DNA of 64,000 nucleotides, from positions 1 to 64,000 of the forward strand of contig CDROCS010002834.1 of NCBI GenBank assembly GCA_977020255.1. The letters are read 5' to 3'. Origin of the DNA: Obrimoposthia wandeli (lineage: Eukaryota). Made by a program: the position numbers and the translations under genes. Positions 1 through 13,242 of the stretch are shown piece by piece. The notes beneath the pieces are model-generated. The model saw nothing but the letters and a program-made list of their open reading frames with translations, did no database searches and had not been told where the DNA came from. The stretch's first letter is position 1. Each line of letters starts with the position of its first letter.

Positions 1-3000
1 AACGGATCGCGCTTACCAGAAACAGCTGCTTCTGTAAGTACGCGAGTTGTTTCCTGGAACGACGCTGCAGAGATAAACGACTCAGTTGCAAGCGATGCTT
101 TCGTGATACCTAATAGGTCACGGCTGAATGTTACGATGTCTTTACCATCAGCTTCTAGTAGACGGTTCGCAATATTCACACGAGAGAATTCAACCTGTTC
201 GCCAGGTAGGAATTCTGAACCACCAGCTTTAACGATAGTAACCTTACGTAGCATCTGACGAATGATAGTCTCAATGTGCTTATCATTAATCTTAACGCCT
301 TGTAGACGGTATACTTCCTGAACCTCGTTCACGATGTACTCAGCAACTGCGTGGACACCACGTAGACGCAAGATATCGTGCGGAGCTTCTGGACCATCCG
401 CGATTACATCGCCACATTCAACTTTTTCGCCTTCGAATACGTTAAGTTGACGCCACTTGTGGATCATCTCTTCGTATGGTTGACCTTCACTTGGAGTGAT
501 GATCAAACGACGCTTACCTTTAGTTTCTTTACCAAAAGAAACAGCACCTGTGATTTCCGCTAGGATTGCAGGCTCTTTAGGCTTACGTGCTTCGAACAAG
601 TCAGCAACTCGTGGTAGACCACCCGTGATATCTCGAGTACCGCCTGATTCCTGAGGAATACGCGATAAGATATCACCGATGCCAACTAGAGCACTATCTT
701 CAAGTTGAACAATCGCTTTACCAGGTAGGAAATATTGAGCTGGCATATCAGTGCCAGGGATCATTATATCGTTACCTTTGTCGTCAACTAGCTTAACCGT
801 TGGACGCATATCTTTACCAGCACTCGTACGCTCTGCAGCATCTAGAATAATGATTGAAGATAGACCTGTTAGCTCATCAGTTTGACGAGAAACAGTTACA
901 CCATCGATAAAGTCAACGAACTGAACACGACCAGCCACTTCAGTGATGATTGGCATTGTGTGCGGGTCCCAGTTAGCTACAGTATCACCCTGTACAACTG
1001 AATCGCCATCGCCTTTGCTCAAAATCGAACCGTAAGGAAGCTTGTAGCTTTCTTTAGTACGACCGAACTCATCAATCACTGTCATTACTGACGCACGAGA
1101 AGTAATTACTAACTTGCTTTCGCTGTTAGTAACGAACTTCGCATTGTGCAGACGCATTGAACCAGTGCTCTTAACCTGGATGTTGTTTTCTGCTGCTGCA
1201 CGAGATGCCGCACCACCGATGTGGAACGTACGCATCGTTAGCTGCGTACCTGGTTCACCGATTGACTGTGCAGCGACAACGCCAACTGCTTCACCAGTAT
1301 TAATCAAGTGACCACGCGCTAGATCGCGACCGTAACAGAACTTACAACAACCGAAGTCATTCTCACACGTTACTACTGAACGTACTTTAACTTGGTCAAC
1401 TGAGTTGTCTTCCAGCAGGTCACACCACTTCTCATCAAGAAGCGTGTTACGTGGAGCAAGAATTTCATCAGTACCAGGTTTAAACACATCTTCAGCAACA
1501 ACACGACCAAGAACTCGATCACCAAGTTGCTCTTTAACATCACCACCCTCGATAAGAGGAGTCATGGTGATACCAGCGTGCGTACCACAATCATCAGCAG
1601 TGATTACAACATCTTGTGCAACATCTACTAGACGACGTGTTAGGTAACCGGAGTTAGCAGTCTTAAGTGCCGTATCCGCAAGACCTTTACGAGCACCGTG
1701 AGTAGAGATGAAGTACTGTAGTACGTTCAGACCTTCACGGAAGTTCGCAGTGATCGGTGTTTCGATGATTGAGCCATCCGGCTTAGCCATCAAACCACGC
1801 ATACCCGCTAGCTGACGAATCTGTGCTGCAGAACCACGAGCACCAGAATCGGCCATCATGTAAACGCTGTTAAACGATTTCTGCTGCTCTTCTTTACCGT
1901 CACGGTTAATAACAGTATCGACAGACAAGTTATCCATCATCGCTTTAGCAACTTGCTCATTGGCAGTTGCCCAGATATCGATAACTTTGTTGTAACGTTC
2001 GCCGGCAGTTACAAGACCAGATTGGAACTGCTCTTGAATTTCTGCAACTTCTGCTTCCGCTTCTGCAATCTTGGTGTACTTAGCGTCAGGGATCAACATG
2101 TCGTCGATGCCAACAGAAACACCAGAAAGTGCTGCGTATGCAAAACCTGTGTACATAATTTGGTCAGCAAAGACTACTGTCTCTTTCATGCCCAATTTAC
2201 GGTAACACGTGTTCAATAGGGTCGAGATTTGCTTCTTACCTAGTGCTTCAGTGTTTACAAGGCTGTACGGTAGACCTTTAGGAACGATCTGCCATAAGAT
2301 TGCACGACCAACAGTTGTATCAATTAGCTTAGTTTCTGTAGACAAGTTACCTTGTTCATCATAAGCGTGCTGAGTGATACGAACTTTAACGCGAGCATGT
2401 AGCTCTGCATTCTTAGTAAGGTAAGCTTTCTCTGCTTCTGCAGGTCCAGCTAGGTACATGCCTTCACCCTTCGCGTTAATTTTCTCACGCGTCATGTAGT
2501 AAAGACCCAATACAACATCCTGAGAAGGTACGATGATTGGATCACCGGACGCTGGAGATAGGATGTTATTGGTAGACATCATTAGTGCACGAGCTTCAAG
2601 CTGTGCTTCCAGAGTTAGAGGTACGTGTACCGCCATCTGGTCACCATCGAAGTCGGCGTTATATGCCGCACACACTAGTGGGTGAAGCTGAATCGCTTTA
2701 CCTTCGATTAGTACTGGTTCAAATGCCTGAATACCCAAACGGTGCAATGTTGGTGCACGGTTTAGCATTACTGGGTGTTCGCGAATAACGTCGTCTAGGA
2801 TATCCCAAACAACAGCTTCTTCACGCTCAACCATCTTCTTAGCAGCTTTGATTGTAGTCGCAAGACCACGAGCCTCAAGCTTACCGTAGATGAATGGTTT
2901 AAATAGCTCTAGTGCCATCTTCTTAGGAAGACCACACTGATGCAAACGCAGGTATGGACCTACGGTGATAACAGAACGACCAGAGTAGTCAACACGCTTA

Positions 3001-4031
3001 CCAAGAAGGTTCTGACGGAAACGACCCTGCTTACCTTTGATCATATCAGCCAAAGATTTCAAAGGACGCTTGTTAGAACCAGTGATAGCGCGGCCACGAC
3101 GACCGTTATCAAGCAATGCATCAACAGATTCCTGAAGCATACGCTTTTCGTTACGTACGATAATATCAGGAGCAGCCAGATCTAATAGACGCTTAAGACG
3201 GTTGTTACGGTTAATTACGCGACGGTACAGATCATTCAGATCTGAAGTAGCGAAACGACCACCATCTAGCGGTACCAACGGACGTAGATCCGGCGGTAGA
3301 ACTGGTAGTACAGACAGGATCATCCACTCTGGGTTGTTTCCTGAAAGTAAGAATGCTTCTACAAGCTTAAGGCGCTTGGTTAGTTTTTTACGCTTAGTTT
3401 CAGAATTAGTTTCTTCTAATTCTTCACGCATAATATCGATTTCAGCATTTAGGTCCATGTTGCCTAATAGTGCTTTAACCGCTTCTGCGCCCATCTTAGC
3501 GTCAAATTCGTCACCCCATTCTTCAAGTGCATCCAAGTACTGCTCTTCTGAAAGCAGTTGGCTACGCTCAAGATTGGTCATGCCTGGTTCAATTACTACG
3601 TAAGATTCGAAGTAAAGTACACGCTCAATATCACGTAGAGGCATGTCCATTAACAAACCGATACGAGATGGCAGTGATTTTAAGAACCAGATGTGTGCAA
3701 CTGGTGAAGCAAGCTCAATGTGACCCATACGCTCACGGCGTACTTTAGTCTGAGTAACTTCAACACCACATTTTTCACAAATAACACCACGGTGCTTTAG
3801 GCGCTTGTATTTACCACAAAGACATTCGTAGTCTTTTACCGGGCCAAAAATACGTGCACAGAAAAGACCGTCACGTTCAGGCTTAAAGGTACGGTAGTTG
3901 ATGGTTTCTGGCTTTTTAACTTCACCAAAAGACCATGAACGAATCATGTCAGGTGAAGCAAGACCGATTTTGATAGCATCAAATTCTTCGGTCTTATGTT
4001 GCGCTTTCAGAAACTTAAGTAAGTCTTTCAC
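1..4031 (-). CDS. rpoC: RNA polymerase beta' subunit, 3'-truncated by window edge
   Basis: Manual translation from GTG at 4031 gives [17 protein letters not shown]; catalytic NADFDGD at ~2641-2660; reading frame at position 3 is consistent with the start. Missed by the ORF track because it runs off the edge. Confidence 0.98.
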   Translation of the reverse strand, partial: MKDLLKFLKAQHKTEEFDAIKIGLASPDMIRSWSFGEVKKPETINYRTFKPERDGLFCARIFGPVKDYECLCGKYKRLKHRGVICEKCGVEVTQTKVRRERMGHIELASPVAHIWFLKSLPSRIGLLMDMPLRDIERVLYFESYVVIEPGMTNLERSQLLSEEQYLDALEEWGDEFDAKMGAEAVKALLGNMDLNAEIDIMREELEETNSETKRKKLTKRLKLVEAFLLSGNNPEWMILSVLPVLPPDLRPLVPLDGGRFATSDLNDLYRRVINRNNRLKRLLDLAAPDIIVRNEKRMLQESVDALLDNGRRGRAITGSNKRPLKSLADMIKGKQGRFRQNLLGKRVDYSGRSVITVGPYLRLHQCGLPKKMALELFKPFIYGKLEARGLATTIKAAKKMVEREEAVVWDILDDVIREHPVMLNRAPTLHRLGIQAFEPVLIEGKAIQLHPLVCAAYNADFDGDQMAVHVPLTLEAQLEARALMMSTNNILSPASGDPIIVPSQDVVLGLYYMTREKINAKGEGMYLAGPAEAEKAYLTKNAELHARVKVRITQHAYDEQGNLSTETKLIDTTVGRAILWQIVPKGLPYSLVNTEALGKKQISTLLNTCYRKLGMKETVVFADQIMYTGFAYAALSGVSVGIDDMLIPDAKYTKIAEAEAEVAEIQEQFQSGLVTAGERYNKVIDIWATANEQVAKAMMDNLSVDTVINRDGKEEQQKSFNSVYMMADSGARGSAAQIRQLAGMRGLMAKPDGSIIETPITANFREGLNVLQYFISTHGARKGLADTALKTANSGYLTRRLVDVAQDVVITADDCGTHAGITMTPLIEGGDVKEQLGDRVLGRVVAEDVFKPGTDEILAPRNTLLDEKWCDLLEDNSVDQVKVRSVVTCENDFGCCKFCYGRDLARGHLINTGEAVGVVAAQSIGEPGTQLTMRTFHIGGAASRAAAENNIQVKSTGSMRLHNAKFVTNSESKLVITSRASVMTVIDEFGRTKESYKLPYGSILSKGDGDSVVQGDTVANWDPHTMPIITEVAGRVQFVDFIDGVTVSRQTDELTGLSSIIILDAAERTSAGKDMRPTVKLVDDKGNDIMIPGTDMPAQYFLPGKAIVQLEDSALVGIGDILSRIPQESGGTRDITGGLPRVADLFEARKPKEPAILAEITGAVSFGKETKGKRRLIITPSEGQPYEEMIHKWRQLNVFEGEKVECGDVIADGPEAPHDILRLRGVHAVAEYIVNEVQEVYRLQGVKINDKHIETIIRQMLRKVTIVKAGGSEFLPGEQVEFSRVNIANRLLEADGKDIVTFSRDLLGITKASLATESFISAASFQETTRVLTEAAVSGKRDP

Positions 4032-4128
4032 ATTCGGCTCCTGTGAGGAGTTAACCCATAAAGGCGCCAGTCTGCTGGCGCCTTCATATTCATACCGGAG
4101 TAACTAATAAGATTGGCATTGCCAAGCC

Positions 4129-7100
4129 TTATTTGTCTTCCAGCTCGATGTTGATACCCAACGAGCGGATTTCTTTCAACAATACGTTGAATGATTCCGG
4201 CATACCAGGTTCCATACGATGATCTCCGTCGACGATGTTTTTATACATCTTCGTACGGCCGTTAACGTCATCTGACTTAACAGTTAGCATTTCTTGAAGA
4301 GTATATGCTGCACCGTATGCTTCAAGTGCCCACACTTCCATCTCACCGAAACGCTGACCACCGAACTGAGCTTTACCACCCAGCGGCTGCTGAGTAACAA
4401 GGCTGTAAGAACCGGTAGAACGGGCGTGCATCTTGTCATCAACCAAGTGGTTCAGTTTCAGCATGTACATGTAACCAACAGTTACAGGACGCTCAAACAT
4501 ATCACCGGTACGACCGTCAAACATCTTCAGCTGACCAGACTCAGGTAAGTCACCAAGCTTCAACAGTTCTTTAATTGATGATTCAGGAGCACCATCAAAT
4601 ACTGGAGTTGCAATTGGTAGACCATCACGTAAGTTCTGGACCAACGTATGTACTTGATCATCAGATAAAGCAGCAATATCTACATCCTGGCGAGTATCAC
4701 CTAGATCGTAAACTTTTTGTAGGAAGTTACGGAACTTATGTAACTCCTGCTGTTGCTTCAACATCTCGTTAAGTTTGTCACCGATACCTTTCGCTGCAAG
4801 ACCCATGTGAGTCTCCAGAATCTGGCCGATGTTCATACGAGATGGTACACCCAATGGGTTCAGTACGATTTCAACAGTCTGACCTTTTTCATCGTATGGC
4901 ATGTCTTCAACAGGACAAATCTTAGAGATTACACCCTTGTTACCATGACGACCCGCCATCTTATCACCAGGTTGAATGCGACGTTTAACAGCTAGGTAAA
5001 CCTTAACAATCTTAAGGACACCAGGCGCTAAATCATCACCCTGAGTAATTTTACGACGCTTAGTTTCAAACTTCTTATCGAACTCAGCTTTTAATTCGTC
5101 ATACTGTTCAGCTAGTTGTTCTAGTTGATTCTGTAGTGACTCATCATCAAGCGTAAGTGCAAATAGACGCTCGCGGTCCATTGAAGCAATTTTCTCTTCA
5201 CTGTAACCGATAGAAAGTAGAAGCGTACGAACACGAGCAAGAAGACCACCCTCAAGGATCTGGAATTCTTCCGTGATATCTTTTTTCGCTTCTTTAAGCT
5301 GCATCTCTTCAATTTCAAGAGCACGCTTATCTTTTTCTACGCCATCGCGAGTAAATACTTGAACATCAATGATTGTACCAGACACACTGTTTGGTACACG
5401 TAAAGACGAATCTTTAACGTCAGATGCTTTTTCACCGAAGATTGCACGTAGCAGTTTTTCTTCTGGAGTAAGTTGTGTTTCACCCTTAGGTGTCACTTTA
5501 CCTACCAGAATGTCGCCACCTTTAACTTCAGCGCCGATGTAAACGATACCTGACTCATCCAACTTAGAAAGCGCAGCTTCACCCACATTCGGGATATCAG
5601 CAGTGATTTCTTCAGAACCTAGTTTCGTGTCACGCGCCACACAAGAAAGCTCTTGAATGTGGATTGTTGTCAAGCGATCTTGCTGTACAACACGCTCAGA
5701 AACTAAGATGGAATCCTCAAAGTTATAACCATTCCAAGGCATGAACGCGATACGAATGTTCTGGCCAAGAGCAAGTTCACCCAGATCGGTCGAAGGACCA
5801 TCTGCAAGTACGTCACCACGAGCTACTGGCTCACCTGGCATCACTGTTGGACGCTGGTTAATACAAGTATTCTGGTTAGAACGGGTGTACTTTGTAAGGT
5901 TATAAATATCGATACCAGCTTCGCCTGGTACTAGCTCGTCTTCGTTCACTTTAACAACGATACGAGAAGCATCAACAGACTGAACTTGACCGCCACGTTT
6001 AGCTACAGCTGTTACGCCGGAGTCAACCGCTACAGAACGCTCAATACCTGTACCAACTAACGGCTTATCAGCACGTAATGTTGGAACAGCCTGACGTTGC
6101 ATGTTTGCACCCATAAGTGCACGGTTAGCATCATCGTGCTCTAGGAACGGGATTAGGGATGCCGCCACAGATACAACCTGGTTGGTTGCAACGTCCATGT
6201 ATTGAACATGATCGCGTGGGTGCAAGCCTGAATCGCCTTTCTGGCGAGCAGTGATTAGTTCATCGCTAAAGCTACCATCAGTTTCCAACGCAGCATTCGC
6301 CTGAGCGATAACATACTGGCCTTCTTCGATAGCAGACAGGTAATCGATTTGGTCGGTAACTTTACCATCAACTACTTTACGGTATGGAGTTTCCAAGAAA
6401 CCGTAAGAGTTACAACGCGCATATACAGATAGCGAGTTGATTAGACCAATGTTTGGACCTTCTGGAGTTTCGATAGGACATAGACGACCGTAGTGAGTCG
6501 CGTGTACATCTCGAACTTCAAAGCCAGCACGTTCACGAGTCAGACCACCTGGACCAAGCGCCGAAATACGACGTTTGTGAGTAACTTCTGATAGTGGGTT
6601 GTTCTGGTCCATAAACTGAGACAATTGAGAAGAACCGAAGAACTCCTTAACTGCAGCAGAAATTGGCTTAGCATTGATCAGGTCTTGAGGCATGATTGCA
6701 TCAAGATCGCCTAAACTTAGACGCTCTTTAACAGCACGCTCAACACGAACTAGACCAACACGGAACTGGTTTTCAGCCATCTCACCAACTGAACGGATAC
6801 GACGGTTACCAAGGTGGTCGATATCATCAACTTCACCACGGCCGTTACGGATCTCGATAAGCTTCTTCATCACTTCGATAATATCGCTGTGATTAAGAAT
6901 GCCAGAACCAGTTGTTTCTTCACGAAGAAGAGAGCTGTTAAACTTCATACGACCAACAGCTGATAAGTCATAGCGATCTTCAGAGAAGAATAAGCTATTA
7001 AACAGTTGTTCAGCCGCTTCACGTGTAGGTGGCTCGCCAGGACGCATCATGCGGTAGATTTCTACTAACGCACTTAGACGGTCTGTTGTGCTATCAACAC

Positions 7101-8154
7101 GCAGCGTCTCAGACATGTATGGTCCGTAATCTAGATCGTTCGTAAATAGAACTTCAATAGACTTGTGACCTGCCTGAGAAAGCAATGCTAATATTTCCAG
7201 GCTTAATTCCTGGTTAGCAGCTGCAATTAGCTCGCCGGTTTCTTCATTCACGTAATCACGTGAAGAGATCTTACCCACGATGTATTCAACAGGTACTTCG
7301 ATTTGATCAATGCCGTCTTTGCCTAATTGGCGAATATGACGAGCAGTGATACGACGACCTTGTTCAACGTACACTTTACCGTTAGCTTCAATATCAAAGC
7401 TTGCAGTTTCACCACGTAGACGTTCAGGCACTAGTTCCATGACGAGTGACTTACCTTGAACTTCGAAAGAAACTTTATCGAAGAACATATCAAGGATTTG
7501 TTCTGTGGTGTAATCAAGTGCGCGTAAAATTACAGAAGCTGCTAGCTTACGACGACGGTCGATACGTACGAATACGTTATCCTTAGGATCAAATTCGAAA
7601 TCCAACCATGAACCACGGTATGGGATTACGCGTGCATTATAAAGCACTTTACCTGAGGAGTGGGTCTTACCCTTATCGCTGTCGAAGAAGACACCCGGGC
7701 TACGGTGCAGCTGGGATACGATAACCCTCTCGGTACCGTTAATAACGAAAGTACCGTTATTTGTCATGAGCGGAATTTCGCCCATGTATACTTCTTGTTC
7801 TTTAATGTCTTTTACGGTGCCTGCAGGTGCGTCTTTGTCATACATGACAAGACGTAGCTTCACACGTAACGGTGCGGAGTAAGTTACGCCACGAATTTGA
7901 CATTCTTTAACATCGAAGACCGGCTCACCGAGACGATAGCTAACGTATTGCAGCTCGGAATTGCCATTATAGCTCTGAATTGGAAAAACAGAACGAAAGG
8001 CAGCTTCTAGACCGTAATGCCCTTCTGGATCCTGCTCGATGAACTTTTGAAAAGAATCAAGCTGGATCGACAGCAAGTATGGAGCATCCAAAACGCGCGG
8101 ACGCTTACCAAAATCCTTACGGATACGCTTTTTCTCGGTATAAGAGTAAACCAT
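4129..8154 (-). CDS. rpoB: RNA polymerase beta subunit
   Basis: 1341 aa, [18 protein letters not shown] start, [12 protein letters not shown] and [18 protein letters not shown] motifs. Confidence 0.99.
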   Translation of the reverse strand: MVYSYTEKKRIRKDFGKRPRVLDAPYLLSIQLDSFQKFIEQDPEGHYGLEAAFRSVFPIQSYNGNSELQYVSYRLGEPVFDVKECQIRGVTYSAPLRVKLRLVMYDKDAPAGTVKDIKEQEVYMGEIPLMTNNGTFVINGTERVIVSQLHRSPGVFFDSDKGKTHSSGKVLYNARVIPYRGSWLDFEFDPKDNVFVRIDRRRKLAASVILRALDYTTEQILDMFFDKVSFEVQGKSLVMELVPERLRGETASFDIEANGKVYVEQGRRITARHIRQLGKDGIDQIEVPVEYIVGKISSRDYVNEETGELIAAANQELSLEILALLSQAGHKSIEVLFTNDLDYGPYMSETLRVDSTTDRLSALVEIYRMMRPGEPPTREAAEQLFNSLFFSEDRYDLSAVGRMKFNSSLLREETTGSGILNHSDIIEVMKKLIEIRNGRGEVDDIDHLGNRRIRSVGEMAENQFRVGLVRVERAVKERLSLGDLDAIMPQDLINAKPISAAVKEFFGSSQLSQFMDQNNPLSEVTHKRRISALGPGGLTRERAGFEVRDVHATHYGRLCPIETPEGPNIGLINSLSVYARCNSYGFLETPYRKVVDGKVTDQIDYLSAIEEGQYVIAQANAALETDGSFSDELITARQKGDSGLHPRDHVQYMDVATNQVVSVAASLIPFLEHDDANRALMGANMQRQAVPTLRADKPLVGTGIERSVAVDSGVTAVAKRGGQVQSVDASRIVVKVNEDELVPGEAGIDIYNLTKYTRSNQNTCINQRPTVMPGEPVARGDVLADGPSTDLGELALGQNIRIAFMPWNGYNFEDSILVSERVVQQDRLTTIHIQELSCVARDTKLGSEEITADIPNVGEAALSKLDESGIVYIGAEVKGGDILVGKVTPKGETQLTPEEKLLRAIFGEKASDVKDSSLRVPNSVSGTIIDVQVFTRDGVEKDKRALEIEEMQLKEAKKDITEEFQILEGGLLARVRTLLLSIGYSEEKIASMDRERLFALTLDDESLQNQLEQLAEQYDELKAEFDKKFETKRRKITQGDDLAPGVLKIVKVYLAVKRRIQPGDKMAGRHGNKGVISKICPVEDMPYDEKGQTVEIVLNPLGVPSRMNIGQILETHMGLAAKGIGDKLNEMLKQQQELHKFRNFLQKVYDLGDTRQDVDIAALSDDQVHTLVQNLRDGLPIATPVFDGAPESSIKELLKLGDLPESGQLKMFDGRTGDMFERPVTVGYMYMLKLNHLVDDKMHARSTGSYSLVTQQPLGGKAQFGGQRFGEMEVWALEAYGAAYTLQEMLTVKSDDVNGRTKMYKNIVDGDHRMEPGMPESFNVLLKEIRSLGINIELEDK

Positions 8155-8314
8155 AGGTTCCTCAGATCGCTGATAAGTGATCCAAACTGTCCAACTAAGG
8201 GACAGTGACTAATAACACTGTTTATTGTAGGAACAGTTTTGAAGAATCAAAAACTGTTTTTTGCAAGAATAATGGTTACAAAACAATGTGAAAATTACCA
8301 TTACCCCACAGCGC

Positions 8315-8345
8315 AAAAAGGCCGGAAGCAATTCAGCCTCCAGCC
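8315..8345 (-). terminator. rplL-rpoB attenuator-like hairpin
   Basis: Minus strand GGCTGGAGGC-TGAATT-GCTTCCGGCC-TTTTT just after rplL, the position of the enterobacterial rpoB attenuator. Confidence 0.7.
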
Positions 8346-8379
8346 ATTAGCCTTTTCAGGCTAAGAAATTAAGTAATAA

Positions 8380-8742
8380 TTACTTAATTTCAACAGAAGC
8401 ACCAACTTCTTCTAGCTGAGCTTTAAGAGCTTCAGCTTCAGCTTTGTCAACACCTTCTTTAACAGATGCTGGAGCGCCGTCAACTACTGCTTTAGCTTCT
8501 TTAAGGCCAAGACCAGTTGCGCCACGTACAGCTTTGATAACTTGTACTTTCTGTGCGCCAATAGCTGTTAGGATAACGTCAAACTCAGTTTGCTCTTCAG
8601 CTACTTCAGCAGCAGCGCCAGAAACTACTGCTGCAGCAGCAGTAACACCGAATTTTTCTTCCATAGCTTCGATAAGCTCAACAACTTGCATTACAGACAT
8701 ATCTGCAACTGCGTCTAGGATTTGCTCGTTAGTGATAGACAT
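8380..8742 (-). CDS. rplL: 50S ribosomal protein L7/L12
   Basis: [24 protein letters not shown]...GLKEAK; true start is the ATG at 8742, not the ORF-track start at 8766. Confidence 0.98.
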   Translation of the reverse strand: MSITNEQILDAVADMSVMQVVELIEAMEEKFGVTAAAAVVSGAAAEVAEEQTEFDVILTAIGAQKVQVIKAVRGATGLGLKEAKAVVDGAPASVKEGVDKAEAEALKAQLEEVGASVEIK

Positions 8743-8802
8743 AACAATTCTCTTTGAAATCAACAATTAATTTAATATAGCGTTCAGATAAAACAAAGGC
8801 GA

Positions 8803-9297
8803 TTAAGCCGCTGCTTCTTCTTTCTGATCGCGTACAGCTGCGATAGTACGTACCAGCTTGCCAGCTGAAGCTTCTTTCATGCACATCATTAGGCGTGCAA
8901 TAGCTTCATCGTAAGTTGGTAGTGTCGCAAGAATTTCTGCGTCAACAACAGCGCCTTCGAATGCGGCTGCTTTGAACTCGAAATCTTTATTCTCTTTAGC
9001 GAAGTCTTTGAAAAGACGCGCTGCAGCACCTGGGTGCTCATTAGAGAAACCGATTAGTGAAGGACCAACAAAAACGTCTTTCAGACATTCAAAATCAGTA
9101 CCTTCAACTGCGCGGCGTGCAAGTGTGTTACGAACAACTTTCAGGTAAACGCCGTTTTCACGAGCTTGTTTACGTAGAGAAGTCATCGCACCAACTGCAA
9201 CACCACGAGAGTCAGCAACAACTGCAGATAGGGCACCATTGGCAGCTTCGTTGACTTCAGCAACAATTGCTTTTTTGTCTTGAAGATTTAATGCCAT
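8803..9297 (-). CDS. rplJ: 50S ribosomal protein L10
   Basis: [15 protein letters not shown]...[10 protein letters not shown]...[11 protein letters not shown]. Confidence 0.98.
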   Translation of the reverse strand: MALNLQDKKAIVAEVNEAANGALSAVVADSRGVAVGAMTSLRKQARENGVYLKVVRNTLARRAVEGTDFECLKDVFVGPSLIGFSNEHPGAAARLFKDFAKENKDFEFKAAAFEGAVVDAEILATLPTYDEAIARLMMCMKEASAGKLVRTIAAVRDQKEEAAA

Positions 9298-9414
9298 TGG
9301 ATATAGCTCCTGGATTTTTTTGCTGGGTAACCCCAGTCATTACACCACTCACTGTCAGCATGACAGGAGAGTCTTACGGCGCAGATCCAAGAAAGATAAA
9401 ATCAATCATGTTCT

Positions 9415-9470
9415 GGCACCGTCTACGTAGGTAGATATTAAGTTTCGAAAAACACCTACGGTCTTTGACG
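9415..9470 (-). promoter_or_regulatory. L10 leader (rplJ autoregulatory RNA)
   Basis: Minus strand CGTCAAAGACCGTAGGTG...CTTAATATCTACCTACGTAGACGGTG resembles the gammaproteobacterial L10 leader, in the expected place. Confidence 0.75.
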
Positions 9471-9520
9471 AAGGTCAATTAACGAGTAATCAACCTTAGC
9501 CATGAATTTGTGAACGCCAT

Positions 9521-9548
9521 ATTATACACCAATACGGCAATTCTGCAA
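9521..9548 (-). promoter_or_regulatory. sigma70 promoter of rplJ
   Basis: TTGCAG-16 bp-TATAAT upstream of the L10 leader. Confidence 0.6.
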
Positions 9549-9555
9549 ATCAGTT

Positions 9556-10257
9556 TTATATGCTAGCTTCCAGAGTACTCTGGTCTAGCGAAACACCTGC
9601 ACCCATAGTGGTAGAGATGTTTACTTTCTTAATGAAAATACCTTTAGCTGATGAAGGCTTAGATTTTTTCAGTGCAACTAGAAGAGATTCTAAGTTCTCT
9701 TTTAGTTGAGCAGCATCAAAGTCCACTTTACCGATAGTAGTGTGGATGATGCCGTTTTTGTCGTTACGGTAACGAACCTGACCAGCTTTAGCATTTTTAA
9801 CTGCTTGAGCAACGTTAGGCGTTACAGTACCAACCTTAGGGTTTGGCATAAGACCGCGTGGACCAAGGATAGTACCTAATTGACCAACAACGCGCATTGC
9901 ATCTGGAGATGCGATAACAACGTCAAAGTCCATTATGCCTTTCTTAACTTGATCAGCAAGGTCTTCCATACCGATTAGGTCAGCGCCAGCTTCTTTAGCT
10001 GCTTCTGCGTTAGCACCTTGAGTGAACACAGCAACACGGATGTCACGACCAGTACCGTGTGGTAGCACTGTAGCGCCACGAACGTTTTGGTCTGATTTAC
10101 GTGCATCAATGCCAAGGTTAATAGCAACGTCAACACTTTCTACGAATTTAGCAGTCGCTAATTCTTTAAGAAGAGCAACAGCTTCGTTGATGTCGTAAGA
10201 TTTAGTCGCATCAACTTTGTCACGAATTACGCGCATGCGCTTAGTAATTTTAGCCAT
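9556..10257 (-). CDS. rplA: 50S ribosomal protein L1
   Basis: MAKITKRMR...[15 protein letters not shown]...[13 protein letters not shown]. Confidence 0.98.
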   Translation of the reverse strand: MAKITKRMRVIRDKVDATKSYDINEAVALLKELATAKFVESVDVAINLGIDARKSDQNVRGATVLPHGTGRDIRVAVFTQGANAEAAKEAGADLIGMEDLADQVKKGIMDFDVVIASPDAMRVVGQLGTILGPRGLMPNPKVGTVTPNVAQAVKNAKAGQVRYRNDKNGIIHTTIGKVDFDAAQLKENLESLLVALKKSKPSSAKGIFIKKVNISTTMGAGVSLDQSTLEASI

Positions 10258-10261
10258 TTTC

Positions 10262-10690
10262 TTAACCCTCTACCACTAGGCCCATTGAACGAGCAGTACC
10301 TGCAATCGAACGCTTCATAGCTTCGATGTCAGCACCAGTCATATCAGCTGCTTTAGTTTCAGCAATTTCCTGAACCTGAGCGTCAGTAATAGTACCAACT
10401 TTTTCAGTGTTAGGACGGCCAGAACCAGACTTAACGCCAGCTGCTTTCTTAAGAAGAACTGCAGCAGGTGGAGTCTTAGTGATGAACGTGAAAGAACGGT
10501 CACTGTAAACTGTGATAACTACAGGAGTCGGAAGACCCTTTTCAACAGAATCTGTACGTGCGTTAAACGCTTTACAGAATTCCATGATGTTAACACCGTG
10601 CTGACCTAGAGCAGGACCAACTGGTGGACTTGGGTTTGCTGCACCAGCTGCAACTTGCAGCTTGATGTATGCTTCTACTTTTTTAGCCAT
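10262..10690 (-). CDS. rplK: 50S ribosomal protein L11
   Basis: [30 protein letters not shown]. Confidence 0.98.
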   Translation of the reverse strand: MAKKVEAYIKLQVAAGAANPSPPVGPALGQHGVNIMEFCKAFNARTDSVEKGLPTPVVITVYSDRSFTFITKTPPAAVLLKKAAGVKSGSGRPNTEKVGTITDAQVQEIAETKAADMTGADIEAMKRSIAGTARSMGLVVEG

Positions 10691-10707
10691 TGCTATATAC
10701 CTAAATT

Positions 10708-10745
10708 TGGGTTCAAACGTCTATTTTCAAAAAATAGACTCCCCG
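10708..10745 (-). promoter_or_regulatory. L1-binding autoregulatory hairpin in rplK leader
   Basis: GGGGAG-TCTATTTT-TTG-AAAATAGA-CGTTTGAACCC has the same layout as the E. coli rplK leader L1 site. Confidence 0.6.
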
Positions 10746-10764
10746 TCTAACGAAAGGGCGCGAA

Positions 10765-10793
10765 ATTATAGTCTAATCTCATTCCCATGACAA
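10765..10793 (-). promoter_or_regulatory. sigma70 promoter of rplK-rplA with GC-rich discriminator
   Basis: TTGTCA-17 bp-TATAAT followed by TTCGCGCCC. Confidence 0.75.
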
Positions 10794-10814
10794 TCAAAAC
10801 TGATTATAAAACGA

Positions 10815-11360
10815 TCAGTTCTTTTCTACTTGACCAAATTCCAATTCAACTGGCGTTGCACGACCGAAGATAGAAACAGAAACCTTAACACGGCTCTTAT
10901 CATAATCGACATGCTCAACAACACCGTTGAAATCTGCAAATGGGCCTTCAGTAACACGAACCACTTCACCTGGTTCGAAGACTGTTTTATGGACTGGAGA
11001 CTCACTCGCCTGCTGAAGACGATTAAGAATCGCATCCGCCTCTTTATCAGAGATAGGAGCAGGACGGTCAGATGTACCGCCAATGAATCCCATTACACGA
11101 GGAATACTACGTACTAGGTGCCATGTTTCATCATTCATCACCATTTGTACAAGCACGTAGCCTGGGAAGAACTTACGCTCACTCTTCCGACGCTGGCCAG
11201 CACGCATTTCAACCACTTCCTCGGTTGGTACTAGTACCTCGTCAAAATAGTCTTCCATACTATGTATTTTGATGTGCTCGCGTAGTGATTGTGATACTCG
11301 GCCTTCATAGCCAGAGAAAGCTTGCACTACATACCATCGTTTTTTTGGAGCTTCGCTCAT
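10815..11360 (-). CDS. nusG: Transcription termination/antitermination factor NusG
   Basis: [26 protein letters not shown] region [18 protein letters not shown]. Confidence 0.98.
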   Translation of the reverse strand: MSEAPKKRWYVVQAFSGYEGRVSQSLREHIKIHSMEDYFDEVLVPTEEVVEMRAGQRRKSERKFFPGYVLVQMVMNDETWHLVRSIPRVMGFIGGTSDRPAPISDKEADAILNRLQQASESPVHKTVFEPGEVVRVTEGPFADFNGVVEHVDYDKSRVKVSVSIFGRATPVELEFGQVEKN

Positions 11361-11371
11361 GAACTCTTACC

Positions 11372-11749
11372 TCATACACCGGTAACTAGGCGGACTAAAC
11401 GGACCATAATGCCGTCGATGCCCCACAGGGCTAAAGCCATAACAACAGTGACGGCTAAAACAATAAAGGTTGTCTGCGTAGCTTCCTGCCGAGTTGGCCA
11501 TACCACTTTGCGGACTTCCATGCGCGATTCACGAGCAAACGTAATCGCGGTTTTACCTTTCGCTGTAAATATGGCTATACCACCAGCAGCAGCAACAAGA
11601 ATCACTACTGTTGCGGCACGCAATACTACAGAAACATCACTGTACAGGTAATTACCAACCACAGCGGCAGCCAGCAAAGCAAATACAGCGACCCATTTAA
11701 GGCCATCCATACTGCTAGGGCTATTTTGGTTTTCGGCATTCGCTTTCAT
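11372..11749 (-). CDS. secE: Preprotein translocase subunit SecE
   Basis: Three hydrophobic segments and [12 protein letters not shown] motif, upstream of nusG. Confidence 0.97.
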   Translation of the reverse strand: MKANAENQNSPSSMDGLKWVAVFALLAAAVVGNYLYSDVSVVLRAATVVILVAAAGGIAIFTAKGKTAITFARESRMEVRKVVWPTRQEATQTTFIVLAVTVVMALALWGIDGIMVRLVRLVTGV

Positions 11750-11920
11750 ACAACCAACCTGTAACTAGTCTCAATATAGACGAAAACAACCCCGCTATTG
11801 CGAGGTCCTAAATGAAGAAAAGGACTAAGCCTTTAATGACATTGATAAAAACTTCATTACTACGAACATTTATTCTACGTATTGTGATCAAAAAATATGC
11901 TCATCAAAATTTAAACGCAG

Positions 11921-11948
11921 AAAAAGGGCATAAATAATGCCCTTTTTT
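11921..11948 (-). terminator. Intrinsic terminator after tuf
   Basis: AAAAAGGGCAT-AAATA-ATGCCCTTTTTT. Confidence 0.75.
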
Positions 11949-11966
11949 GTACCGTGTCGTCAAATC

Positions 11967-13139
11967 TTATTCAAAGATCTTAGCAACAACACCAGCACCA
12001 ACTGTACGACCACCTTCACGGATCGCAAAGCGTAAACCTTCATCCATCGCGATAGGCGCGATTAGCGTAACTTTCATCTGAATGTTATCGCCAGGCATTA
12101 CCATTTCAACGCCTTCTGGCAATTCAATAGTACCCGTTACATCAGTTGTACGGAAGTAGAACTGTGGACGGTAGCCTTTGAAGAAAGGAGTGTGACGACC
12201 ACCTTCATCTTTAGACAGAACATAAATTTCTGACTCAAAAGTCGTGTGTGGCGTGATTGAACCAGGCTTAGCAAGAACTTGACCACGTTCAACTTCATCA
12301 CGCTTAGTACCACGTAGAAGAACACCAACGTTCTCACCAGCACGGCCTTCGTCAAGAAGCTTACGGAACATTTCAACACCAGTACATGTAGTAGTGATAG
12401 TCTCTTTGATACCGATGATTGCAACTTCTTCACCAACACGTACGATACCTGCTCACGACCAGTTACAACTGTACCAATGGCCTTGAATTGAGAAAACATC
12501 TTCGATTGGAAGGATGAATGGAAGATCGATTGCACGCCCGGCTCTGGAATGTTCAGAGCTCAGCTAGTTCAACGATTTTCTTCCCACTGAGCTTTCCACT
12601 GCTGGCGCGCCAAGTGCAGAACCCATGATTACTGGGCAGTCATCGCCTGGGTAATCGTATTCAGAAAGAAGTTCACGAACTTCCATTTCTACTAGTTCTA
12701 GTAGCTCTTCATCATCAACCATGTCACATTTGTTCATGAATACGATGATGTAAGGAATACCAACCTGACGACCAAGAAGGATGTGCTCACGTGTTTGTGG
12801 CATAGGACCATCAGTTGCAGCAACAACTAGGATACCACCATCCATTTGAGCAGCACCAGTGATCATGTTTTTAACATAATCGGCGTGTCCAGGGCAGTCA
12901 ACGTGTGCATAGTGACGAGAAGGAGTATCATATTCTACGTGCGACGTAGAAATTGTAATACCGCGCTCACGCTCTTCTGGAGCATTATCGATAGAAGCGA
13001 AGTCTTTTGCATTACCACCGTACACTTTTGCAAGTGTCGTACAGATAGCTGCAGTTAGAGTTGTTTTACCGTGATCGACGTGGCCGATTGTACCAACGTT
13101 AACATGCGGTTTTAGACGTTCAAATTTTTCTTTAGACAT
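11967..13139 (-). CDS. tuf: Elongation factor Tu (tufB locus), frameshifted in this assembly
   Basis: [27 protein letters not shown] at 13139 through [15 protein letters not shown] at 11967. 1173 nt versus ~1185 expected, with several small deletions at ~12440-12615 splitting it over three ORFs; probably a consensus error. Confidence 0.9.
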
Positions 13140-13242
13140 GGATAGTCCCTCTAGACACGGCATTAGGTGGCATTACGACCACACAACCAAACATAGGTTT
13201 GTAGAGTATATATCAAATGATTTGAGAGCGACTTGGAGAGAG

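Noticed and set aside
378-4107. Many plus-strand ORFs of 60-133 aa in the ORF track
   Set aside because: They are antisense shadows of rpoC, which occupies 1-4031 on the minus strand.
6540-6660. Possible rifampicin-resistance change in rpoB cluster I
   Set aside because: [29 protein letters not shown] matches the sensitive consensus.
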